From NCBI GenBank assembly GCA_009602725.1, contig WELB01000015.1:4447-46286 (forward strand): a DNA stretch of 41,840 bases, given 5' to 3'. The translations under genes were made by a program, and so were the position numbers. The stretch's first letter is position 1, and each line of letters begins with the position of its first letter. This stretch comes from Spirogloea muscicola. Its lineage: Eukaryota. Positions 11,615 to 24,591 of this stretch are shown in pieces. Below the pieces are notes generated by a model. The model ran no database searches. It was given only the letters and a program-made list of their open reading frames with translations, and was not told where the DNA came from.

Positions 11615-13135
11615 CCGCCGCCGCCGCCGCCGCCGCCGCTTCTGGGCCCGGCCCCCGCTACGCGTTCCCCCTCCCCGCGGGGCCCTGCTCGCCTGCCAGC
11701 CCCGACAAGGGCTCCTACGCGGCCGCTGGTGCGCCACTGACGCCCACAACGACGTGACTGATAGCGAGTGAAGCTGGACTAGCCATCCATGGCTGCCAGC
11801 TGCAAAGACCTGTGACCACTGCCAAGGCCACCGCCGTACTATCTAGAGGGCGCCAGTGGTCTATGCATGCGTGGCCCGACGGGCCGTAGCTGGAGCTCAC
11901 TCTGATTGCGTGCTCTGGGCCTGGCTCTGCCAGACGACGTAGGGAGCAAGGACGGCAACGACGGCAGGGGGGCGGCGCAGCCACCGGAGCAGCAGCTCTC
12001 GGGCAGGCACTTGGAGAACGGTGCGCGGGTTTACTCCGATGGGGGGGCCACGGACGTCAAGGACTCTGACGACGATCTGCCGGAAGCAGCGGCCCCTGAT
12101 GGGGCCACCAAGCGGAAGCTGCACAAGCCTGCGGACGACGAGGCGAGGAGCGCCAAGCGGGCGCCGATGCTGGCAGGCCACCGGTCGGAAGATGGCCTCT
12201 CGAGACGAGCTGCGGTGAGCACTCCAGAATCCATAACCTGTGTCTGGCTGCATGCATGCATGCTGATCCCACACTGCTGCTTTTGGTGCAGAAAGATTGT
12301 GTGGCTAATTAAGCTAATTTGAGGTTAATCGAAAGAGAAACCCTAGCTTGAATCTCACTTTGGTGTGACCACCTTCAGCATTGCTGCAATCAAGTAGCGG
12401 CTGTTAGCTTGGGCAGTCATCCGGCAGCCATTGCCTTTACCTTGACTGCGGCGCACTGAGAGGATGTGCTTACCTCACGGGGTCCGCTATCTGATGCAGG
12501 AGTCAAGGAGTGCGTGCAAGTTGCAAGACCCCCCAGGCCGGGAAGCCGCGCGGCCGCCGAACGACCGCGAGGAGCGGACGTGGGCCATCTGGCTGCAGGC
12601 TCAGCAGGCGCAGGCCAACAGCACGGCGCTGGCTGTCATCGCGCTCGCTAACATGTCAAGCCCGCCCAACGAGAGCATGCTACAGATGGCGATGGCTATC
12701 TTGGCCAGGAGCGCCAGCGGCGCAGCACCGTTCCAGGGGGCTGCGCTGCCACAGGGCTTCAACACCGGCAGCACCCCGTTGCCGCCCTTCACGCCGCCCC
12801 TGTCGCAGCCAATGCCCCTCTCTTACGTGGGGCTACCCGCAAACTTCGGCGCCAGCGTGTCCACGGGGCCTCTGCCTAACTTTGGGTACAACCTGCCGGG
12901 CACGCCGCTGCCAAGCTTCTGGGGTCCACCGCTGCAGACGACGGTCGTGGGTAAGGACGTTGCTGCTGCTGCGCGGGCCCACTCAATGATGGCCGCCAAG
13001 GAGGGAAAAGGAGATCTTGCCAACAGCGGGGACCCCTTTGTCCCCGCGGGGCTGGAGGAGGCCGCCACGATCAGCCAGCGGCTGATGCATGACGAGGGCG
13101 GTGCTGCTTCCGTCAACCATCTCGCGGGTGGCTGA
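11599..13135 (+). CDS. Uncharacterised, largely disordered protein (~350 aa; true 5' end uncertain)
   Basis: Exons 11599-11728, 11934-12214 and 12500-13135 join with canonical GT-AG and consistent phases (1, 0). It has an acidic patch, an NLS-like KRKLHK...KR, a helical WAIWLQAQQAQAN segment and a Pro/Gly-rich tail. Confidence 0.6.
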
Positions 13136-13447
13136 CGGGGAGCTGTGTACATATTCCGCCATGCATTGGCTCTTGTAAAATTCATTCATTCTCTGACTTC
13201 ATATAAAAGGAGCTGGCAGACAAGTAGCTCTGACTGACATGCACTTGCTCGTCAAATCTGCAAGTTGTGTTTCTTTGAAGGCCGTCATGAGCCTTCATGA
13301 GTCGGTTTTTGAGAGAATTGTATTACTTTGAGGACATCGGGCAAGCCTGCAAGTTGACAGTGATGCCCTTTGCATGTGCACTCAGCTTGAAAAGGAGATG
13401 GCTAAGGGCACCTGAGATTTACCAGTTTATCAGTCCTTAATAAGCTG

Positions 13448-16400
13448 TCAAACTGCTGGTGGCAAGCCTCTGACGAGCACCAGCGGTGTCTGCTCATCTG
13501 AATTGCCTGCACCATTGATGTGCTCACTTAGCTTGTGAGCATATCATCCATGATTGGCCATCAGCAGTGTCAGCAGTGGCAGTGTCAGCAGTCAGTCGAT
13601 GTAAAGAGAAAACTAGCTAAACTCAAGCACTGTAGTGCATGCCTTCGATATATCTAGACAGAACTGATACAAAGGTCACCTGCAGGGTTGTCAATGAGTG
13701 CAGCCGCGAGTGCCTTCCTGTCCACCCCATGAGAAGCCTGTGGGCCAAATACGGATGAATCAGATGTGGCGCTATGTTTCTTGTAAGATTTGCATCAGCT
13801 TCCCATGATTGCATGACAAACTTACCTCTATTCACTTTGCTGCTAAGCAGCAGCAAACATAACCCGCCACTGCGTCAACCTTTCCAAACAGCCAGCAGTA
13901 ACACTGGTGGAACAAGCTTGCATCCGAATCAGGGCTGGAATGCTCACTGCTAGAATCTGGACCTTCTTGAGATCATTGACGTCCACAACTGCTACCTTTA
14001 CTCCTGCAGGTAACAGCGGGCCATGCCAGAAGGTCCAGCTCTTGCTTTGTGAAAATGCCGGCAAATGAGCAAGCAGCAGTTGCCGACTTCATGGCAGAGG
14101 CACAGGGCAGCTAGTGCTCAGCAAAGTAGGGCCCACCAGTCTTTGACGTTATTGCATCCACAGACTCCTGCACTCGCAACTGTGCAGTGCACAATGTTGC
14201 AGCAGATGTCAGATTGGATGATGCAAATCAACTAAAACAACACTGTCTCTGCCTTGGACACTTTGGCAATACGGTGAGCTGTACATGGCTAACAGTTACA
14301 CCATGGCCATGAAGGAGCTCCTCCTTCGATACGCTACACAAAGTGGAACTAGAGCTGCTAGCACGTACTGGGCCAAGAGTAATAAATTGGTCATAAGGCG
14401 GTAGTGTTCCGGTGACATCATCAATCAACCTGGCCTGCGCAAGGGTTTGAGAGGTGTATGGTTGAAGGGAAGAAGAAAACATGTGAATGCCATATGCCAC
14501 AGAGCCTGCTAAAAGCAAGGTTAACATCTCATGCCAGCATGATGCCCAACTTTTCGGCTCAAGTTGAAATCATGACTGTATCAGGGCTCTAATACCTGCT
14601 CACCAGCCAGTCTGTAGAACATGCCTCGTTGTCCCAATAGCCTGCAAAGGAACTTACACATGTAAGTCAAGTATCAATGGGATTACTATCAGAGTGAGCT
14701 TTGAATCTCAGCCCAAGCTTTTGCAAGTCGTTCTGGGTCATCTCTGCACCTCAACTGCGGACCCCGTCATCTACCATCCCTGCTCACCGTGCAGCAATTG
14801 CCCCGATACATGCGAAGATCACGCGGATGCGACCAACGATATCAATAAGAGCCTGCAGAACAGTCGAGTAGAAATACATCACAACAACAGCTTTTTCAGA
14901 ACCCATCATGTGCACATGAACCGGTGCAAATTTCCACCATTAAGTCATGCACAACTTCCCTGCAAAAGCAGAAGTGATACTTCTTTGAGCACCTGCATGC
15001 CACAGGCAGTTGCCAGGGATGAAGTTGGATGAAAAGCCCGGCAGGCCAGCTTGGCAATCAGCCCCGGGCGGACGCTCTTTGGGTGCCGGAATCTTCCTGG
15101 CCAACACCACCAAGACCCTCAATACCTGTGCCGGAGGCTTGTGTCCGGCAAATTCGAAAGCAACACAAGATTTCACTCATGCCTCGCCAAATTGTATGCA
15201 AAAACTCCATGTACCCAAGATACAAAGCAAAGCCGCAACCTTGCATTATGGCCAGGGGCGTCTCTCCAATGGCCACCACGTCTCCGACCTCGGCATGTGG
15301 ATGCACGTATCTGCTCACAGTTTCCAGACATGTACAGGTTGCCGTGGTAAGTCCCCTCCTTGAGTGTGTGGGACTTCAGCAACCAGCATCAAGGCTCCCT
15401 AATGTAGGCCTCTCAAGGTAAGCATGCAGGCAGTGGCGCTGTACAAGCCTGTTATATAGGCACGGCAAGATCTGAGCAACAAATATGACTCAGCTGCACT
15501 TATGGATAACAGACACTTGTGGACTGTGCACCTCTCAATGATGTGCACAGGGTCATCCAGATGGCAAAGGAGGTGAGTCGCAATGGGCAGCAGGGATGTG
15601 CTCCTTGCAGCTCTGCACGATGCATAAGCCGCCTCAACCTGATTGGCTTCAGGACAGTCAAGATCTTCAAATGACTGGTGATCAGCTACCATTATGACAA
15701 GATGCGATGCAAGGAGCAGAGCTGCTGGCTTCACGTTCTCCAGTGCAGATGCGCCGGGTTGCCGGAATGCAAGAACTGCAGGGGCAGGATGACGTGCTGG
15801 GTGTGCTCCGTGCACCCATGTGGCCCATACGCGACGTACTGGACGTCTATCCTGGCAGCCTGGTCACTCCAGACGACAACCGCTCTGTCCTTTATTGACA
15901 TGGCCAAGTACAGGGCCACAGCCCTTCTTTGGCTGCTTGCAACACTTGCAGAGCATACGGAGCAGCTGTGCTTGCTGCTGTGATGCGCTTCTGCAGAAGG
16001 GTCGGACCTTGACATCGCAAAGCTTCCCCGCAGCTGCACCACCTCCCTCCCGTAAGTCGAGCACGACCTGCAGCCACAAGCGACAGGGGGAGGGGATTAC
16101 GGGAGGGCAATTCCGAGGCGCCATTGCTTGCTGCATCTCATTCGGTCCTAGCCTGAGAATCAAGGTGAGAAGCCACAATCTGGCAACTGCAGACATGCTG
16201 GAGGTCATCATGGCACCTCGATTGCAGTGCCCTCTCCGGCGCGCGTGATGTAGCCCTGCCAGTAGCCGTCCCGGCGGGCCCCGGGCTTGCCTCCGGGGTG
16301 TTTGGCGCTAATCTGCCGCGACACCGCACGACCAGGCAAGGCACTCAGCCGAGTTGTGGGTGGTGCCAAACCAAAGAGCTAAGGACGAGGAACGTGGGTT

Positions 16401-17305
16401 TCGTACGTGCCACAGTAAGTACGCGGCAGATTGCAAGGCCGTGGCCAGAGCCCGCCGAGCTAAGGGAGGCAGAGGTGGTCTTCGACGGCAGTCACTTGCC
16501 TCGAGGCCCTTGGCGATGCCGGCGACGCTGCCGCTGGAGAGGAGCTTCGCCGAGCCGGCGACGTCGTTGACGAACAGCTCCTGCCGCTCTGTGAGATTGC
16601 GAAACCTGCGGTGCCAGCGCGAGAGCCTGCAGCCTCAGCCTTGCCTCGGAGCACCTCAGCGGACTGCGGGCCTTGCTCCTTCACCCCTTTTGGGCATCAG
16701 TTAGTGACACTTATGTGCTGACCCGTGGTTACTGAGCGGGTCAATTTGCAGTGGGTAAGGTACGTCATCAGATGTGCTTGCCACTGTACCAGGCCACTTT
16801 GGCCTTTGATTATCTATGACACACGAGACTTTCGTATCAATGACACTTCAAATCCTGAGCCTGTCTCTGAGACTAACATAACTTGAAGCAACTTTCACCA
16901 ACAGCTCCCATAGACCGCAGTCATGGCTGCCTGCGAGGTCCCCAGGGTTTGGGGTCTACGGTCAGGGTTTCGGTTTAGGATTGGCGGGAGCGCAAGAGGG
17001 CAAGCTCGACGCACTGCATCGTGCCGCGGAGGCGGTAGTGGCCGCCGTCGCGGAGCTCCCAGGCCCAGCGGCCCCGCGAGAGCAGCAGGCCGTCGCCGGG
17101 CTTCGCCTGCTGGCCGCGAGCGCCGCCGCAGGCTGCGGCGCTGAGGACAACGCCCGAGGCGCTGAGGCGCAGGAGCCCGCTGCCGACGGCAGCGGCGGAC
17201 CTGCACGCTGGCCAGGCGCGCCAGCTCCTGCGACAGCCACTGCGAGTTGTCGCCGTCGTACGTCGGCACCGCCGCCGCCGCCGCGGCCGCCGGCGGCGTC
17301 CCGGC
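13448..17305 (-). CDS. Cyanobacterial-type F420-0:gamma-glutamyl ligase (CofE)-like protein, 5' end lost at N17306
   Basis: At least 16 exons: 17305-17201, 17106-17015, 16605-16500 (GC donor), 16312-16217, 16067-16008, 15859-15735, 15612-15532, 15310-15240, 15096-14993, 14852-14788, 14641-14596, 14434-14369, 14179-14137, 14003-13948, 13737-13680, 13506-13448. Motifs: [108 protein letters not shown]. Confidence 0.88.
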
Positions 17306-17370
17306 NTTGTACCCGCGACCTCCGGATTGACAGGCCGGCGCCTTAACCGTCCCTCCGGCTATGCGCTCAC

Positions 17371-17597
17371 CTTGACGTCGGGGCGAAGGGCCTGCAACAG
17401 CGGCTCGGCAGGCGCGAAGGCGGCGCCGCCGCCGCCGCCGCCGCCGCCACCGCCGCCGGCGCGAAGGTCGCGCAGGTGCCGCGTGTAGTCGTACCCGTCG
17501 TCCGGGAAGCCCATGTCCAACAGCTCGCGCCGGCGGCTCACCGGCAGCCTTGACGGCGGTGGGGCTTGCCACCATGGCGGCGGCCGAACGACTCGAC

Positions 17598-17600
<3 letters not shown>
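17371..17600 (-). CDS. LTV1: LTV1 (40S ribosome biogenesis factor), single internal exon fragment
   Basis: SRLPVSRRRELLDMGFPDDGYDYTRHLRDLR...RPDVK then a GT donor at 17370, matching the LTV1 'E(L)GFPDDGYNYLxHLR' motif. The rest of the gene is not present in the window. Confidence 0.75.
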
Positions 17601-17628
<28 letters not shown>

Positions 17629-17634
17629 GCCGCC

Positions 17635-20619
17635 TCGGCGCAGAGCCGACGGGAAGCCGCCTCTGGCGCAGGGCCCGCGGCGGAGCTACCACGGGACGGG
17701 CGTGCCGCTGGGCGCGGAGGGGTTCCTGGTCACCTGCCTGGGCGGCAAGGAGCACGCCAGCGCGCAGGAGATCGCCAACGTCCTCGACGAGGTCTGCGCC
17801 TCCTCCCGAGCTAATGGATTCTATTAGCATTTTCATTGTACGGGCGAGCTGCTACATTGTCAAACTGCTCGATTGTCAAAGGATTATGGTGCTGGTAGCT
17901 CGACTGCACCTCTTGCCCGCCGGTCCTAAGGCTCAGGGCCCAGAGCTCAGACCTTTGCTGTGGCTTTCGTTCCTCCTATGTTCATTCTGTTTCTGGGCTG
18001 GCCAGTCACAGCCATCGCCCCCTCTTCTGGGAGGACCCTTCCTTGTTGGCAACTATAAGGAGGTCAATCGCCTGAGACGCAGAGCAGCATAGGCCTCAGA
18101 CAACAGGCTCTGGCACTTGCAAGCCCATTGCGCCTCCTCGAATGCTAAGCCCACAGTACTGGGCTGCACTGTGAGCAGATACTGGGCTGCACTGTGAGCA
18201 CAACTGCTGATGCCAGCAAACGCTATCCGCATTCTGGGTGGTGTCGTCTTTTGGCGCAGTTCTACGAGAGGCTGGCAGAGGCCCCGGGGGCTGGCGCCGT
18301 CGCGCGGCAGCAGGCGTGCGTTGGAGTGGGAGCCGGTGGCGGCGTTGACGACGGCGGCGAGGAGGAGGAGGAGGAGGACCAGGAGGAGGGCGCCGATGAT
18401 TGTGATGGGCGCAATGAAGAGGAGGCGCAGCAGCCAAGGGACGGCCGGGAGACCCGAGAGGCTGCGCCGGTGGACATTGCCACGGCGCTCGAATCCGAGA
18501 TGCAGGGCCTTCGGTCGCTGAAACAGGTGCACAGGCTCTGTCATTCCTATTGTCCGGCAATTATATATCATATGAGTAATTCTTGCATTGCAGGTATGAG
18601 TTGCTAGGACTAGGCCGCATATGCCACCAGCTCCATATATGTTGTGACATATTATCGTAAAGGGCAGAGCGCTTGATACCTTCCCAACAGCGGTCTGCTC
18701 GCTTTGTGGAGTTGCTGGGCTTGTCAAAATTGGAGCAACACAGCCACCCCTGCCACTTGTGCCGCAGGTCCGGTTTGCAAGGGTCGAGACTGGCTGCAAG
18801 GGCCTCGTCTTTGTCCGCATGCGGCGGTCGCCTGACCGAGCAGGACCGGGCCCCTCGGAGCTTGCCGAGGCTGTGGCGCGTCATACGGCAGAGACCAGGG
18901 TATCCAAGACCAGGTCTGGCGGAGAGCCTTGCCTTCAGCTTTTGGGCGGCAGCTGCGTCAGAATGCAGATAGAATGTGGCCCTCGATCCAGCTTTGAGAC
19001 TCAATGGGCTCTTGTGAGGAATCTGCAGGTATTCCATGCGGCTGATGCCAGCTGAGGCCACCTGCTACGCTTCACCAGCGGAGATTGCTCAAGCTGCTCG
19101 CCCGGTGATTGCCCGACACTTTCCAACTGGCGACTCCGACAAGCAGCAGAAGGTACAGTATACGATGTTTTCTGTTGTAAGAGGACAACAAGGAAGGGAG
19201 AGCAGACTGTGCACTTTGCGACTTCAGTAACACGTGGTGTTTCAGACTGAAGATGTGCCTGTATTCACTAAAGTAGCTTATGTAAGCAGTACCTCTTGTA
19301 ATGTCTACTATGAGTCCTCTTATGATGTTCTCAGAACATGCCCACACATTGAAGAAGATTAGCATACACACAGATTGGCAGCAACAGCAGTTAAAATCGC
19401 TGCCATCTTATACTGTGCCATGTTATAATCAAGAAGGCTTGCATGATGCTTCCTGACAGACTGCATTTAGCTGGAGTCTTACAATAGAGATAAAGCATTA
19501 GGGCTATGTATTCAGCAGAGACACTGTCTATGTTCCTGTGCGTCCCTGTATCTCTTGCTACCTGTGTCAGTAGTACGTACCCAAGAGGTCAACTGGCTTG
19601 AGTAGGACTCTTATGCCACTCATTGAGCGTATAATTCAAATTCGCTTTACCAAATTAAGAGCCATTGATAGAGTGATATGGGGTTGTTTAGCTCTGGTCG
19701 TGTATTTGTCTTGTATCTCTGTATCTACAAGTGTGCGTGTCATGTCTTAGCCTGTGGCAGTGGCTCAGTAAATACCTGACCCCTCCAGATTCTGTTTCCT
19801 TGCACTTTGCAGTTTGCTGTTGTATATGAGGCGCGCGCCAATGACGATGTGGACCGCATGGCCATTATTAAGGAGGTTGCTTCTGTTGTGCCCAAGCCGC
19901 ACACTGTGGACCTCAGCAACCCCGACAAGACCATCCTCATCCAAGTTGTGAAGGTGTCAAGCCACACCTGAGTCGAGCCCCTCCACCTCGTTTGCACCTG
20001 ACCTACAGATTAGCATAATTACTTTGTCGTTGTCCTGCTCTTACTCTATGCTGACAGGACTTGCTCTTGACTCAGTCTTACTTGTTGACAGTTGAAGGGC
20101 TTTAAGGACCTCAATTCTAGTACCACAATGACGAAGAACACTTTCCTGTGTGCAAATGCTCACATAATTAAGTTGTTCTTCACTTTGCAGACATCATGCA
20201 CAATAGGGGTTGTGGCTGACTTCAAGGGCCTTGGCAAGTACAACTTGAAGCAACTAACGGAGCCCCCTGACAACAAGCAGCAAGTGAAGGACGGGAAGGG
20301 GGCCACAGCAACAGAAGCTTCGTGCCAACCAGCCAGGGACACGTCTGCAGCTGCACAGGACCACCAAGGACAGCCAGACCTTAACGGCGTAACTGATGCA
20401 CAATTGGCAGACAATGCCGCTGGAGATGCTAAGGAAGCCGGTGGTAACAATAATGCGCCAACTGCACTGTCTACTGGGCTATCGAGTCCTAACATACAGA
20501 GTAGCCTTAAAGATGCAGAGGCAATGAAGCAGACTCCACTTGATGAAACAGTGTCACAGCAGAGCGATGCTCAAGCAACCTTCGAAGTACACGAGGACAT
20601 CATTGAGCAGGCCCACTAG
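17635..20619 (+). CDS. THUMPD1: THUMP-domain protein (THUMPD1/Tan1, tRNA ac4C adaptor), 5' end uncertain
   Basis: Exons ~17635-17791, 18260-18526, 18768-18913, 19029-19152, 19813-19953, 20191-20619. Motifs: GFLVTCLGGKE, RFARVETGCKGLVF, TRYSMRLMP, FAVVYEARAN, HTVDLSNPDKTILIQVVK, KYNL. Confidence 0.88.
18158..18199. repeat. Short tandem duplication in THUMP intron 1
   Basis: tactgggctgcactgtgagca occurs twice with a ~23-nt period. Confidence 0.8.
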
Positions 20620-20884
20620 CAAACAACAGCTGCAAATCGCGCTTGCCTCATAGTGAGGCTGCTGCCTGATACGCGGATTGACACAATGAGGCTCCCATTT
20701 AAGAGCTCCATGCCCTCTAGCATTCCTTTACCAACAAGGAGACAAATAGTACAGAGTCTAATGGCTGCCCAAGCTACCCTGTACCCTGGTATGATGCACA
20801 GGCTGCAACTCCTTGGATTCAATGACATCTTTCATCACCCTGCTATAAGTCCAAGTTATAAGCTGGCTCAGAAAGTTCTACAAA

Positions 20885-22942
<2,058 letters not shown>

Positions 22943-23239
22943 TTAACGGACAGAACGTGCGCGGGACGGCGACGCGGGAGGCGTCCCCCCGACGGAACGT
23001 GGGCCCCGGCGCCGGCGGTCTGGGCGCGCTCCCCCACCTTCTCTTTCGTTCCCTTCCTCCCTCAGGTCACCTCACCAGAATCCAAGCCTGCCGAGTCCTA
23101 ACCCCAGACCCTGAGTCCGAAACTTTCCCCTGTGTGGGCAGCCCCTGCCACATTCGGAGAGGAGCTGACCCTTCTTTTCTTTCAACGGCCATCGCTCGTT
23201 TTAGAATGAGAAAGAAGAAGCTTGGTAGCTGCTAAACGC

Positions 23240-24445
23240 TTGTATGCCCCTCCGAACCTTTGTCAATTCTTTTTGGGCTGGCTGACTTAGCGCTTCCCCT
23301 GGCCCCCTTCTCGTACTCTGTTCATTCTTTTTCGGGCTGGTTGTTCCAGCCCCTATTCTCAATGGGCGAGCACTTTCTTCTTCTTTTTGCAGCCCTTGCC
23401 CCCATTGGGAGTGCCACTTCTTCCTGAGAGGCCAGCTCAAAGGAATGTACAGAGACTGTAAGCTCTTAGGAATGTAAGCTCTTCCAGAAGAAACAGCTCT
23501 ACCACGGAAGAGCTTTCCTGCTCTTGGGCTCTGACCTTCTGCACCCACTTGCGCAACAACGGTGCCCCAAAGGCAGCAAGGAGTGGTGAAGAGCAGGCAG
23601 ATGTGAGCTGTTTCATTCATCAATCAGGTCTGAATGCTGCAGGCTTCTAGCCCTTGTCCACTGCATGCAACTTTCCGCTTCCCTGCATTCTTTACTGCCT
23701 GAAGCTATAACCCATTCTTTCTGGGCTTGCCTCTGACAGCCTTTGCCCACTCTCGCTGCCTTCTGGAAGAGCTGCTTCTGCACAGCCACTGCCCCCCTTT
23801 TAGAGGACGTTCTCCCTCTCTCTACTCTCTGTAGCCCACTCCTTGCACTTCCTTGCCTTTCGCAAGAACAGTGTATGGCTCGGCCACCCTGTCTTTTCAT
23901 GCGCATTACGCGCATTCTCTTTTGTGCCCTGCATGCGCTTGCTCGACTACCGTGAGTCGGGCCCCACTCAATTTCCCCCTGTTCGGACCTTGTCCATCCG
24001 TTTTGGGGCTGGCCTTTCACAGCTTATTGCCCCTTCAAAGGCTCTCTCTTACCCGCACACTCCTGGTGATGGCAGCTCGGAAGCCACAGCCCCCTTCCTT
24101 TGGAAATTGTTCGTTCGTTTGTGGGCTGGCTTCTCTCAGCCTTCGCCCTCTTTGAACGGGCTTACTTTTCCATTCTTATTGGGCTGGCCCTTCCCAGCCA
24201 AAGCCTAACAGTGGGAAGAGCTGTTGCTCTCTCAAGACTGGGGACAGAGCGGCGAGACTGTGAGAGCGGGCAATGCGAGGGGCCGGAATGCATTAAACAC
24301 AGATCTGATCAAGTACTATACAAGATGGTCACTACATACTCCAGAGTACGCATACGCCAAAAGGAAGGGGCAGCTCCATCCTCTGAAGGGGGCGAGGGCC
24401 TGGAAAGCCAGCCCGAAACGAATAGACAAACGTCCAAAGGGGCCA
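23240..24445. repeat. Decayed array of a ~58-60-bp repeat (core ..ATTC-T-rich-GGGCTGGC..CAGCC)
   Basis: The GGGCTGG core occurs at 23275, 23334, ~23723 (variant), 24006, 24123 and 24181, and inverted at 24408. Related copies lie at 4541-4571, 17989-18019 and, inverted, 4203-4224. Confidence 0.65.
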
Positions 24446-24591
24446 GAAAGCGCGAAAACACAGCGCTGTTTGGGGGCCCTCGCAAAACTTGGTCATAGTG
24501 CTATCTAGGCTGATAAATTGGTCAAGCCAAGCAGGACAATGGAAGCCCAGAGTATCAGTAAAAGCTATGCCTTGCTTGGTTAAAATTCATT

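Noticed and set aside
23240..24445. CRISPR-like or transposase/gag reading of the repeat region
   Set aside because: The repeats are highly degenerate and irregularly spaced, the context is eukaryotic, and no cas, RT, integrase or transposase motifs appear in any frame.
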